A stretch of 64,000 bases of DNA from the NCBI GenBank assembly GCA_020137815.1, contig CM035354.1, positions 6,820,001-6,884,000 on the forward strand. Reading direction: 5' to 3'. A program made the translations under genes and the position numbers. Under the pieces are notes generated by a model that worked only from the letters and a program-made list of their open reading frames with translations, ran no database searches and had not been told where the DNA came from. The DNA is from Hormiphora californensis (Eukaryota; Animalia; Ctenophora). This document shows, one piece after another, positions 13,576 to 27,790 of the stretch (positions within the stretch are counted from its first letter, which is position 1; each line of letters starts with the position of its first letter).

Positions 13576-13656
13576 GTGGTTATTGTTGCAGAGAGAAGAG
13601 AGTAGAGAGTAGAGTGGGGAGAGAGAGAGAGCAGCAGAGAGAGAGAGGAGAGAGAG

Positions 13657-13690
<34 letters not shown>

Positions 13691-13750
13691 CGAGAGAGAG
13701 AGAGAGAGAGAAGAGGAGAGAGAGGATCAGAGAGAGAGAGAGAGAGAGAG

Positions 13751-15545
13751 TCACCCTTTGTAGTCACACTTGTAGAAGATCGGTAGGATTCTACGTCAAG
13801 GCTAACGACTGCTGACCGCGCCTGCCTCAACCACTTCAGAATACTGTTGTCGTTCGAGGAGAGTAATTTCTAGTAGGGGATAATCGTTAATGCTCTCTAG
13901 GACCCTGTCAGTCCGCTTGCACCTTCGATTGGTTAACTGGTCCTTAACTCTGGCTGGACTGCGTTGAATAACCCCACCGCCGAAGAGTGAAGGAGTTTGT
14001 GGTATTAGGTTTGACACCCTTGGACAGTGGATTTGCCGAGGCGAGCGTTCAGCAATGACGCACTCCGACTGATGGTCTTTCGAAATTCAATACTGTAGAC
14101 TTAGGGACGAGGCCGTTTAACATTTTTCCACATAGAGAGAAATCTTATATCGCTCTCGCGTCGCTGGAAGGGAGTAATCTTGAGAGCTTTTAAAGCGCTC
14201 AGTAGTGAGCCCGGCCATTCTTCCATTTTTGCGGTGTATGATCTTTGACCGCTTCTAGTTTTTGTTATTCGCCCATCTGGTGTTGGCGACCAAACTGACA
14301 GCAGTGCCTCTAGATGAGATCTCACGTAGGTCTTATACAAAGTGAGCATGTGTTTGATGGATCTCTTGTCCTTAAAAAGCCTCAGGTCCAACTAGCCATG
14401 GGTGTTAGCTTTCTGATTATTTGTGTTATGTGTGGTTGACTGGTGAGGTCAGGGTCACTTCACGCCGAGATCTCTCACTTCTGTCCCTTCCGCTGACAAC
14501 GATGTTGGATGTTTAGTTGGTATGGGCTGCTTCAGTTTCCAATTCTTTCCGTGTTGTAGTATTGGAACTTGGTGTCAGTTGAGTCCATACTGTTTTCGAG
14601 TGCCCAGCTGAAAACATTTTGTAATCATCCATCCAACAATTTTTCGATCATCCTCGCTCGACACTGACCTTATGAAGTTTTGTATCATCATCGAACATCT
14701 TCGATTTGCTGTGGAAGCACATCCTGGTAGGTTATTAATGTATACACGAAAAGTGTGGTCCTAGGACCGTCCCCTGTGGGACTCCAGATCTGACGGGTCC
14801 CGGTTCGATGGTACGCCGTCAACAATGACTGACTGGGTCCTACCCATCAGAACTTCCTAATCCAGTCTAGGAGGTCTCCCCGGATGACCCTATCCTGATA
14901 GTTTCTCTAGAAGGGGTGAGGTGGCTACTTTTCAAATGCTTTGCAATAATCCAAGATAGAGCCATCTGACATTCTTCCCATTCATCTAAATCATCGATTA
15001 CTTCCCCAATGTTGCTGATCACATGTGATAGGCCACGATCTGTTACTCTAAAGCCCTGCTGGTCCGAAGCGAGAGGAGAGTTGTTCATCCTCCACAAAGT
15101 TAACATCTGCTTCCCGGATGACTCGCTCTATACCTTAACAAGTTGACTGTCCAAACTAACAGGTCTGTAGTGTCGCGGGAGAGCTCTTATTATCCTTCTT
15201 TAATTGGGACTATTGACTGTGTTTAAAAAATAGTACGCAATATCCCCAGTTTGTATGGCGCCTGCCACAGCTCCGCCATTACTGGCGCTAGGCTCTAGTG
15301 CACTTTTTCAGCATTATTGCTGGGAACTTGTCTGGGGGCCCGGTGCGGTGTGGGGAACAGTTCTTTGTTGCTTCACGACTGTGTCAGTAGTGATAGTCAC
15401 ACCACTCATAACATGTTATCCTGTAGTCCCTGCTCTTGAATGGTCCCTTCGATAGGTTCACTAGACCCTTTCTGGTATTGGTCCCTTGAGGAGGTGGCCA
15501 TGATGCGGGGTCGGCATGTAGTTTCAACCATTTTGGTCTTTAAGA
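13751..15545 (-). mobile_element. Decayed, 5'-truncated non-LTR retrotransposon (CR1/L2-like ORF2 RT region)
   Basis: Minus-strand RT motifs GVPQGTVLGP..VYINNL (~14730-14785), DDTK (~14680), and LYKTYVRSHLE..VWSP (~14290-14345). Many stops and frameshifts; (GA)n on both sides. Confidence 0.85.
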
Positions 15546-16428
<883 letters not shown>

Positions 16429-17134
16429 ATAAATAAAAAGATAGTGCTTATTTTTGTTTTATGTGTGTTATAAACTGAATTAGAATTTATAAATATTTTT
16501 AAAATTGATCTTGGGCTTTAATTGCTAATGTATTAGTCATATTTGGCGGCGGGCGCTGACTTGATTTGAATACATCTCCGCGCGCGTAATATGAGTGACA
16601 GAGAGCCGCGCGGCCTATCGATCCTGACTCAGCTCAGTTTGAGTTTGACTTAAAGTTTCTAAAACTTTTTTTGCTTCCCCACTTGAAAAGCGCTGCCTTT
16701 GAAAAGCGCTGCTATATCCCGCCGGGGCCAGCAAAGTTTGCCAACTTCCCCACCCTCGTCCATCTCCCGAAAGACGCTGCCTTATCCCGCGATCGGCGAT
16801 AGGGTTTGTAACACATGCCAATCGCCTCCAGTCCTACGTTTGGTCGTTGAAAAGCAGTGCCCGTGTTATTCATTCTCTTCCGTGGTAAATTAAGGAACTG
16901 TCAGTTTCAAATTCTTTATCACATTTAAATCTTCCTTTATCCGCTAGAATAAGTCTATAAGTTATTTGAAATTCTTCTAAAGCGCTCCCGAGTAATTTCA
17001 AGCGTGCCCGAACTCGTGCGGACCTCGGACATGTCATTAAACAAAATCTAAATTGTGATGGAAGTAAGAAGTTGCAATAACTAATACCTGCTAGAACATA
17101 ATCTATATGATCTAGGTCAATGAGGATCATTGGA

Positions 17135-17243
17135 AATATTCAGGTCTGCACTGTGTGATCTGTTTCGACCAATCTCCGCTCAGAACAGTTCTTGTTATGC
17201 ACGAGTTTTTTAAAACAGATACTGTGCTGCAGACCTGAATATT
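17135..17243. repeat. ~110 bp hairpin / mini-MITE
   Basis: aatattcaggtctgca...tgcagacctgaatatt. Confidence 0.65.
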
Positions 17244-17326
17244 CGTTAGGTTCCTCAAACGAAATTAAGCTTAATTTAAGACGATAATGGGGTGTGGGTC
17301 TTAATGTATCGGTTACAGTCGGACTG

Positions 17327-17388
17327 TAGTGGAAGCTCTTACGGTTTTGAGCTGCTCGCGCGGCTCAAAACCATAAGAGCTTCCGCTA
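17327..17388. mobile_element. 62-bp mini-MITE, TAG...CTA ends, 3-bp TSD (CTG)
   Basis: ctg|tagtggaagctctt...aagagcttccgcta|ctg; same termini as 19929-20116. Confidence 0.75.
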
Positions 17389-17615
17389 CTGAGTTATCAT
17401 TACCGACTCGGTAATTACTTTTTCGGTAATAAATTTCGAAGTTCGAAAATGCTACACACAACCTGCGTGACACAGGTTTTGATAAATAATATTTCCATTT
17501 TACGCTAAAGGGTCGCGTATCGCGCATACAGGTTGCTAATTGTTATAGCGAACCGCGTTTTTACTCATTGCCAATATCTGATTCTAGTTTACCTGTGTAG
17601 GCGCTGCTCAATGTA

Positions 17616-20600
17616 ATGCCGATTGAAGATACACTTCTCGGTCTCCTCAAGGAGCTTACTGGGGCTCAGGAATCAATTGAAAAGGTCTCAGTTTGGGTTC
17701 AACAGTACCAAAATGAGGCCCCCACCATTGCTCAAACTTGGAAAACCTACTATTCTGTTGGTAAGCCATCATTTTTTTCTTTTTCTGGTTTCACCAATGC
17801 ACCTGCAAGTAAGTAAGAATTTCCTCCCTCATCAGTGTCTCAGGAAAAGAAGTTGACACTACTGTTCCTTGTCAATGACGTCCTTCAGCACACTCGAAAA
17901 AAGGGTACTCAGTTTGTGGACGCATTCGGTCACATTCTCCCTCGGTGTCTGGCCGATTGCCGGATGTCCGAGTCTAAATCTCAGGTGGAGAGGATGCTAG
18001 ATATATGGGAATCGAGAGAGTTGTTTCACAGGAATATCATATCTGCTATGAAGTACAATCTTGGTAAGTTGTTTTTTATTCGTCCACGGAGTTGGAGATT
18101 ATGACACAACCGTGCTCACTACATTATAACTCACAGAACGTGGGCTTGCCCCGAGTTCTGTAAATTATGATGAACGAACTTCTACTATAATTGCATTGTG
18201 TAACTAAGTAAATTGAGTACTAAATGTAACTAAGTAAAGAGAGTGTAACTAAATAAAGAAAGTACTGTAAGTAAGCACCAGAGTGCTGCAAGAAATCGAG
18301 AGTAATGTAAGTATAAAAACACTACTTTTACATCACTTATAAGCGAGGGCTTGGCGAAACACAATACAGTGGGTTATGTGGGTTATTCCCTGGGTTGATA
18401 TCTGAATAATGTCAAGGTCTCACTGTTCATTGTCCTTTCAGCATATTACACCGAGTCTATAAAACACTTCGCCCGACCAGCGACCTTGACATGAAGCATT
18501 TTAAATCAGACATCAATCCAAGGGATACGCCATTTAAATTTAGTGTTGGGCAAAAACGCCCTTCAAAAGGCGTATCAAATCGAACCGAAAAACTAGCTGG
18601 ATCATACAAAATCTAATCACTACTTGTATTGTCTTGCCGTTTGCTATTTGTACTTAGTTTTTCCCTTTTTGATCAGATGAGGTAGGGATGGAGACAGGGA
18701 CTATTAAGGTAAAAGATGTCGTCGAAGTTCTTGACGATATTCAGGGACAGGAAAAACAGGCTAACGACGTCCTAGCCAGGTTGAGCCACCGATTGGAAAC
18801 AAGCGATATCGAGAATGCCTTCAGTTCAACAAGTAAGGATTTTACATTTTTAGGTGATTTTTTGGGGGCTGGGTCCTTGGATACGCCTGTTGAATGACCA
18901 GACTACGTCAACAGGTAAGATGATAGTTTCGTAAGTGTAAGATTAATAATATTTTCTATTTTTTAGGCCGTAAGGAAGGAAACAAGTATGCTGCTGATAT
19001 TGACGAAACAGCCCTGTTTTTGGATCAGTACTGTGATTCTCTTGCGAAACAACGCGACCGACAGACAGACTTGGTTAAGAAGATGAATAATATGCTGTTC
19101 AACCTGGAGAAAATTGAAGAGTCTGTGAAATCGAGTGATAAGGTAATACGATACACACAGACGCACATACATTCGTAATTGCACCCACAACTACAAATAC
19201 GTCTTTTGGCCCATGAAATCCCTCAACTCATTGTTTATCCCAATTTCAGGAATTTAAAAACCAGCAGACCAACTTGGTACGAACACGTAAGGCTATAACT
19301 GCTCGAATGCTTCAAATGAATGAGGGGGTGGTGAGCTATGGAGATGACAGTCCTAACAGAGAGGAGATAGAAAACCTGACGAGCGAGGAGGAAGAGGTTG
19401 ACATCGAGGGATTCGAAGGGACTGGAGGCAATGAAGTGTAAGTATTTGGGGGATAACGCTAACCACTCTTTCAGGTTCCTTATAACAGATATAACCCGAA
19501 CATTGACCAATCACCCTCCATACACAATACAGAATCAATTAACAAACCACCTTCGCCAGTAAAAACAATCCCCTGGCCTCGCCTAGGCTAAGTTATTGGT
19601 AACTATACGATACATTTGTGCTGTACTCGTTGATGAGGGAAACGCATCTTTTTGTCCCTAACTCATTACAAATTCTTAGTTTCTTCCATTCTAGAATCTC
19701 CAGTTTCTCTTTCTTTGTCTCCCTCTTTTTGTCTCTATATCCCTGGCCCTCTCCCTCTATATTATTTGGTCTCCCCTTTTTTCTTTTCTTACCGTATTCG
19801 TCTCCATCTCACTTGGCAACTCCAATATATTTTGATTTCTTCTAAGTAAGTATTCTATGTTAAAACGCTCTATAGTTTATTATTTTTGAAATATCAGTTA
19901 TAAACTTTATGATCTCCTTATTTCGCTTTAGTGGAAGCTCGTACGGTTTTTCCCACGCTCTCTGCGCGCCGTAGGAAAAGTGAGATACATTGAAAGAGTA
20001 AGAGAGAAAAAAGCACACAACCGATTGTGTGCTCTATTCTCTCATACTCTTTCTATATATCTCTCTTTTTCCACGGCGTGCGAAGTGCGTGGGAAAAACC
20101 ACAAGAGCTTCCACTACTTATCTCGTGAGTAATGGCTTACCACTACAGCTTTTTATCTTGATGTGAATAGTAAAATCGTTGTAGATTTTAGACTGTAAAC
20201 CGTAAACTAACACTCGGCTTTTAGGAAATTCTTAATTTAATGATTGATTGTGTTTCAAAGATGCAAAACCTTTGCATTTGACAAAAAAACTGATCCTATA
20301 CGAGCTGATACCACATCATTTAATTAAATTTAAATATATGTGATAGGTACATCCAATATGTGTTGCTACGCTCGATATATGCATTTGGTGTTTATGAGGT
20401 CCCCCGGAAATGTCATGTGCCAACCTCGTTATGTGTGTACTGTGTAATAATATCTCTGGTGAGATAAGTGAGACAGTTGAGTGTAACATATTATACAGTT
20501 TGTCACGTAGCACTTCCGGGGTCCTCATACATACCCCAAAATTATAATTTCAATCACTCTGGTATTTTAACAATGTTTGTAGTGGTACTCACTCGAGGAA

Positions 20601-21065
20601 TCCGAAGTTTCAGTCCTGAGCCATTCGGATTCCTCGAGTGAGTACCACTACAAACATTGTGTCAAATTATCAGAGTGATTGAAATTAAATTCTAGAGAGA
20701 TATGAAGGCCAACATATACCCTTAGTTTTTTTGGCCACGCAGTAGTATGTTTATAGATGCTGTAGGAACAACGTTACACTTTCTGAGTACAATTGAGGAG
20801 GAGACTGCTGCAAGATAGTCAGAGAAAAGGTGTGAGAGAAACATACCGAATATTTCAACAGAGTTCAGAAAATATGTTTACGTCTTACGAGTTGATCAAT
20901 TTTTAAATGTTTTGTTAACTCTCATCGATTGCTTCAAACATAATGTTGGCTTATCCGTGATCATACTTAGAAACCTTTGGATTACCCCATTTTGTATTTA
21001 TTATACTTACTTGTAGGACAGGGGCGATATCTTTTCTCTCTCTTTCTTCTCTCCCCACTCTCTCT

Positions 21066-21132
<67 letters not shown>

Positions 21133-24100
21133 GTTCATTTTTTAGCTGTTTGTAATTGTCGATTGTTGAGTAATAAAATAAGGGCTTAATTACCGTACCA
21201 GAGATCGAATTAGGGACCTTTAGGCCTCAGGACCCACAGCACATTTCGGAATTCGGAGCAAGGTATCCTGACTCTATGTTGATGCCCAAGTTCTTACAGG
21301 CTCGATTTTCCAGTTTCTTGTTTCCTCATTGAAATCTCTGATAAATTTATCATTTATGCATAAAATCCTCTCAGTTTGGGCACCATTTGTTCTTCGATTT
21401 TCTTGGAAAACAAAACTGTACGAGAAGGTCGATTTTTGCCCTTCCAGAAAAAAACCTCCGAGTTTAGTAACTTGCGACGTGAGTGGAATCAGGAATATGC
21501 AGGCCGGTACTCTCCAGATAAGAAATTATTAACTCTGTAAAGAGGCCCGTTGAAGTGTTCCGACTTGCATTGGATTGTGACCACATTTAGGTAAATTTTT
21601 TAACGTTTTGGGCTGCATCTGCATCGCTCGCAAGCCAGGGGTCCGGGGGTCTTGAGATAGTAAAAATGGCTCTAAAAGTAAGGTCTCACTAAGGAGAGTA
21701 TGTGTGAATAATTTTATGGCGCTATACTCCATTTTTTCAACTGTTCACCCCCTAAAGTCGTGCACGGAATTGTTTTGCGTGTTTATCACATGTTAACGTG
21801 TAGCGCGCGCCACAAAAATTGTAATTTTCAGTTTTTGGGTGAACAGTTGAAAAAAAGGACTTTATTCCTAGTAGTTTTTTCAAATTTGGAGATTAACACA
21901 TTTCCTCAAATAGTAGCCTTTTGGTGAATAACTTTACTTGGAACATTTTTACGAATCTCCAGTTCATTCAGCTCAAAAACGGCTTAGAGCTTGGCCTTGA
22001 AACTTGGCAGGCACGATCCTGAGATAATAAACTGGGTTTTGATTGGGGACTCCGTCGAAAAAAAAGATTTCACATCGATGTGAAGCATCTCTATCTATCT
22101 ACGGAGTGCCTGGGCTTGCCAACGGCAAGCCCACAGGGGACTATCGCAAAGCGATATCGCCGGCACTAGGAGAATAGCCCCCCTCCCCTTCCACCATCAG
22201 GAACTGCACAGGCAGGTTCTCATTATAGGTGTCGGGTTCGGGAGAGTAAACTCCTGCGATGTGAAGCATGTTAACTTTAATATCAGTTTTAGTCCTCTTA
22301 ATTTGAATAGCATCATCTAGAATTTTCTTTTCTATCTCTCCCCCAGCCCTGTACTGAGTTGTATATTTAAATGTAATTTACCCTTATAGTTTTGAATTGC
22401 CTAATAGATTTTGATTCGTCGTTCATATTTCTGCTCGGTATTATCTGTTGTTGTTTAAAGAAAATTAATCGCTTATATCACAATTGAGATCTACGTAGAC
22501 GACTTGTAGAATGTAGCTGTCATGCTATGTACCATTTCCGGAGCACTTTATATGATCGTGATTTTTTAAAACCAAAATTTTTCAATGAAAGATTTTGAGA
22601 AAGTTTTGTTTTCTCCTTCAGGCTGGACAAATGAGTAGACGTGGTTATTATTATTCTACAATAAAAACCACGTCTACTCATTTGTCCAGCCGGAAGGAGA
22701 AAACAAAACTTCCTCACTGATATGCGGCTAATAAACAATCAACCGATCCTTATTCTCTGAAAGATTTTGATACATGTCTAAACATGCTAGTCGCTGGTTC
22801 AATTTTGTACAGCGGAGTCGTTAAAATTTTACATTGTTGAAAAAACGCAACCTGTTATATGCTCTTGTTCTAAAAAAGCGAAGATACAAAAAAAACACGA
22901 CCATTATAAATATGAGGTTTTTCGAGTTTTCTTGAATAGTTCACTGCGACAGAAACTGCCGTAACTTCGTTTAAATCCTACTTTTTACTCTGCCAATATA
23001 AAGTACCCGATGTTTGTTCTCCTGTATGTTGTGTTGATCTTCGACGTTTGATGCAGTTCAAAAACAATTCGAATATCATCCGATTTAGGCTAAAGCCGAA
23101 TTTTATAAATCTGTCCGCCCTTTTTTGTGCATAGTGTCGTAAATTTGCACGTTTCAGCTCACTCTTGGCGAAAAAACCGTATTATTTTCACAAGAAAGTA
23201 TATACACGGTCGCTTGTAGTGGGAAAACGGTAATGGAAAACTGAGATACAGTGAGACGACGCACAACCGTGGCCAATCAGGGCGCTAGTACGTGCTGAAC
23301 ACATGCACTTTTTGCCGGGCGTTATGCAACGTGCGCGTCTCCTTACTGTATTTCTATTACGGTAATACGACTACAAGCAGCATTGATACATTTAGGAATC
23401 CCTAAAAATTATGGTAGAAGAAGCTATGTAGTTTGGAAACGTAGAAATCAGAGTCAAGTTCCGACTCTCGTCCTTTTTTTCTAGGCTAGGATATTTCCAG
23501 CAGAATTAAATTGTTGGTTGTCACATTTCTCGAATTCATTAGTTTTTAACACTTTTTAACTTTAATAACTAAATCCTCCCTGTTCGACATGTATGACCTT
23601 ATTTTAATAAGTTTTGCACTAAATGCTGGAGCTCAGGAACCAGTTACATATTTGGAAACTGGTATCAGGTTCCAGGCGGGAGTTTTCGACTGCACTGCTG
23701 ACATTGGATCGTGCACTACTTTCAATTGGTTTTAAAATCAGATGTAAATTTGCGTCAGGCATTCGCAGATGACGCACAGCATGGTTTATCGGGATTCTCT
23801 GATACCAGGTTCCCGTTTGTAACTGGAGCATCACTATGCATTTATCACTATTTTATAACACAGTTGCTTCCTGCCTCATTCCGTAATGCAACGCATATTA
23901 TGCAAAATTAATAATTATGTGCTGTGTGACTCATTAAGTCGGATTTTTTGAAGTTGTCACCCCCTTTTTCACGCACGGCGTCATATTTGCGTGTGACAGC
24001 TCTCACGTTACGGCATAAAATCGCATATCACCGGAAAGAGCATATTTTGTGAGTCCGTAAAACTTTTGATCGACGAAATTGGTCAAGAAAAAAAAGCGTG

Positions 24101-26953
24101 AGAGCCAAAACAAGTTTCCGACACGCAATTAAAACATCGCACGCCACACAGGGGGTGACAACTTCAAAAAATCCGACTTTAGTAAGGTTAGAAAAGCAGT
24201 AGGAATAATGAATAGAACTAGCACTAATTGGAAACCCTTCCGAAATAATTAGTTAAGCGTTCACTTCAAATCGCATTTTGACTGAGGTGGGTAGAAAACT
24301 AAAGTTTTGTCTCGTTTGCAGGTGGAAGGATCCCGCCGACATTGTTACCCGGGTCCTGGTATACTGCCTGGGAATCCATGACTCCCCTCACTTCAAATCG
24401 CTACTCTCGGCCTGTGCTGCAGATAATGGCCATTGCACACTTACTCAGTGGTTGGTCCTTTATTACCTGTCAATCAGAGTCATCATGGCTGCAGCGTTGA
24501 GGTCAAGAAAAGTTGCAGAATTGTTTCCTCGCAAAGTCTTCCAAGCATCAAGTGACTCACAGCCGATCATAGTTATGACAGGTCTACACAATTATGGGCC
24601 TCCTCTTCCCGTCGAACAGGATCACTACGGCTACCAAATGCTTGAGCCCATTCCTATCCAGTCCTACGGTCCGGTTGTACCGGCCCCTGAACCCATGGCC
24701 GCCATCCCTCCCGTTCTCAGTAACCTAGTGAACCAGGCGAGCATAGCACCCGTAGTAGCAGCAGCTCCACCCGCTCAGTCGGGCCTCGCTTTCTCTTCTT
24801 TTCCGTCTCACATCCTTGAGGAACAAGGAGCCACTTCCATTGACAGGCTTCTCAGTATATTCAATACAGAAACAGATTTCTATCCTGGGGAGAAGAGCAC
24901 GCTGCAGGAGTTGTTTGGTGGTCCTAGAAACGGTTGTGACACTGAAGACCCAAACGCTTCAGCAGTGCCACCTCCCACAACGGCAATGACACAGCCACCA
25001 CCGCCTCCTACTAACGACCCGGACGATATGGACACCTCTCCCGATGGTATCGAGTTAGATACAATCCTTCAGCCGATCGTGTCATCATGTATAAAAGACA
25101 TCGAGTCGGTAGTGTTCGGTTCTGCACCGAACAAAACAGCCGAAACAGAAATCGATGGGAAGTCTTTGGATAAAGTTCCTACGAAAAAGGACCAGTTTGG
25201 AAGAGATGTTCCAGTTACTCATGACATAAAGAGAGATGAAAGGGATCGTGAGAGAGACCGTGATCGTAGACGTGATTATGACAGAAGACATGATTCAGGG
25301 AAAAGGCGAGAGTATGACAGACGTCACGAACCAGATCGTGACCGTCGGCATGAACCAGATCGAGACCGTCGGCATGATTTCGATAGACGACACGAGTCAG
25401 ATCGTCGTAGTAGACGGCACGAAGCAGAAAGACGCCCTGAATCAGAAAAACGCCCTGAATCAGAAAGACGCCCTGAATCAGAAAGACGCTCTGAACCTGA
25501 AAGACGCCCTGAGGTTGAAAGACGCTCTGAATCAGAACGACGCACTGAATCAGAAAGACGCCCTGAACTAGAAAGACGCCCTGAACTTGAAAGACGTCCT
25601 GAATCAGAAAGACGTCCCGAACCTGAAAGACGACCTGAGCCTGAAAGGCACCCTGAACTTGAAAGACGCCCTGAACTTGATCGGCTTCCTGAGTCTCACA
25701 GGAGACAAGACGAAGAAAAAAGAAATGACAGACGTTTAGAATTAGGTCAAGACCGTCGATACGACCAAGAAAGGGGTTATGAACACGGTAGACGACCTGA
25801 GTTAGACAAGCCGTATGAGCCCGGAAGAAGGCCGGAATTAGAGAACCTACCCGAGTTAGAAAAACGTCGTTCCGAAGGTTACAAGGCGGAAATCGACAGA
25901 GTAGTGTCAGGAATTAGACCTGACAGCGATGCAAAAAGAAGACGTGACGAGAATCATATTGATAGAAGGTCGTTTGAAGAAAGCCGCCCACCTGTACAAC
26001 CCAATGACCGACCAACTCATGATGAACGTGGAAGAGATTGGGACCGTCGGCCGGACCAAGTTGACATCCATAATGCAGAACCCAGACCAGGACATGACGA
26101 TCGTCGTCCGAGTGAAAGGGACTCAAGACGTCCAGAAAACGGAAGACTGCCAGATCGGGATAGCAGAAGCCACGATAAGCATCCTAACATCCGTGAAAGT
26201 AGTCGGAGAGACAGTCGAGATGAGAGGGACGATGGGCGAAGGCTGGATCGTCAAATCAGCGGTCATTCCGACCCTGCAAGAGGGTACAGAGATTCTGACC
26301 GTGACCGACGTGAAAATACCGGTAGAGAGAGGCATGAGGATGACAGGAGAAGAAGCGAGGATCGTCAACGAAACAGAAGTCGGACAGATGATGATAAACG
26401 TAGGGACCATGATCACCGACGACCAGAAGATAACCCTCCCTATCCATTTATCCCTCCTCCTCCACCTTTTATGGGTGGGCCACCTCCACCGATGTTCATT
26501 CCACCACCCTTCGATCCTCGTTTTCCTCCACCAAGTCCCGTTGATTCAAATGTTTCACCGTTTTTCAATGGCCCAAGGCCTCCAGTGTTCGATGGTCCAC
26601 CAAGATTTGATGGTCCCCCACGATTCGATGGACCTCCTAGATTTGATGGTCCGCCAAGATTCGATGGACCTCCTAGATTTGATGGACCCCCAAGGTTCGA
26701 CGGACCTCCTAGATTCGACGGACCTCAAAGATTTGATGGACCTCCACGGTTTGACGGTCCTCCGAGGTTCGACGGACCACCTAGATTCGATGGACCTCCT
26801 AGATTCGATGGACCTCCTAGATTCGATGGACCTCCTAGATTTGATGGACCCCCAAGGTTCGATGGACCTCCTCGATTTGATAATCGATCCAGGTTCAACG
26901 GACCACCGCAATTCGGTAACTCTAATTTTCCTAATAATGACAGAAGAAGATGA
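17616..26953 (+). CDS. RPRD1/RPRD2-family CID + CREPT coiled-coil protein; exons 17616-17760, 17836-18063, 18677-18832, 18967-19142, 19250-19437 and terminal exon A 24322-26953
   Basis: CID motifs AQESIEKVSVW, KLTLLFLVNDVLQHTRKK and VERMLDIWESR; CREPT-like LDQYCDSLAKQ. All junctions are GT/AG with compatible phases. The terminal exon link is inferred from phase. Confidence 0.8.
19929..20116. mobile_element. 188-bp foldback MITE, TAG...CTA ends, 3-bp TSD (CTT)
   Basis: ctt|tagtggaagctc...gagcttccacta|ctt; imperfect hairpin along its length. Confidence 0.8.
20545..20687. repeat. ~140 bp hairpin
   Basis: acaatgtttgtagtggtactcactcgaggaatccgaa and its exact reverse complement around a 17-nt loop, with imperfect outer arms. 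Confidence 0.8.
22089..22256 (-). mobile_element. 168-bp retroposed insertion (SINE or LINE 3' end) with 13-bp TSD
   Basis: cgatgtgaagcat at 22076-22088 and 22257-22269. The minus strand ends in tagatagatagag, preceded by stem-loops. Confidence 0.65.
22601..22711. repeat. ~110 bp near-perfect hairpin
   Basis: aagttttgttttctccttcaggctggacaaatgagtagacgtggtt and its near-exact reverse complement. Confidence 0.8.
23205..23385. mobile_element. ~180 bp MITE, copy 2
   Basis: Reverse complement of 3186-3366; flanked by ata on both sides. Confidence 0.8.
23936..24179. mobile_element. ~245 bp MITE with ~30-bp TIRs
   Basis: aagtcggattttttgaagttgtcaccccc...gggggtgacaacttcaaaaaatccgactt. Confidence 0.8.
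25427..25680 (+). repeat. Coding 18-bp tandem repeat (ERRPES/ERRPEL hexapeptide)
   Basis: About 14 units in the ORF translation. Confidence 0.9.
26591..26882 (+). repeat. Coding 18-bp tandem repeat (DGPPRF hexapeptide)
   Basis: About 16 units with heavy synonymous codon variation. Confidence 0.92.
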
Positions 26954-27790
26954 TTTGTCAAATATCAATTTTTACAATCTATGACAGAAGAAGATTTGTA
27001 ACATGTTAATTATATTGCTATTATCAGCACAATTTTAGAACTTCATTTTTCATTTGTCATCCTTGAAAACTAAAATTTCTGGCCCAAGAGACTGCGAGTG
27101 TGTGCCAAAAAAAGACATACCGTCTCAGAAATGCGCTGCGAAATGTGTTTTACATGACAAAAGTGTAAATATTCGTTTGCAAAAATGAGTAGTTGTTGGT
27201 TTTCGCCGTACAAACAAACATTTGGAACAAATGTTGGAATACATCTCTCTACAAGAAAATATCAGTAAGCAAATTGTTATGTTCTAACCTTCTTCTACGG
27301 GGTGCGGAGAGAAGGTCAAACTAGGTAATAAACAAAACGGTAAAATTCCTAAATTCGATTTTCGTATTTCTTTTAGCTGCAGTAAAGTAACGAAGAATGG
27401 ATGTCTGTGGTGTACGACTTCAAACGATTGGTGATTGAGAATCAGTTTTCCATTTCATCTCTTTGATTTTTGTTGTGCTGTCTATGCGTTCAAAAACATT
27501 CCCAATTTCACAAAACGAACAGCTGACACAAAAAAATGGACCAAACACACCAGATAACTATACTAATTCCTCAGAAAAATGACCGAACGATAGAAATAAC
27601 AATTTTATCTTCAGATTCTGCCAGTTTTGTATTTTACAAAAGTACGATAGAAAAGTTACGATCCTACTCCTCTCCCTACTCTTCTCCCTGCTCCTCTCCC
27701 TTTTTACACTTACCTTACCCCCAGGCCATTTATATACAGAAGTTAAAAACGATTTTACCAATCCCAATTCTTACCTGTTTCGCTTTTCAG

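Noticed and set aside
25427-26882. Regular repeats as a CRISPR array
   Set aside because: Contiguous coding tandem repeats with no unique spacers, in a eukaryotic context with no cas genes.
25929-26984. Alternative-frame and antisense ORFs over the repeat exon and over 27971-31754
   Set aside because: Shadows of stop-poor repeat coding sequence; synonymous variation favours the RFDGPP frame.
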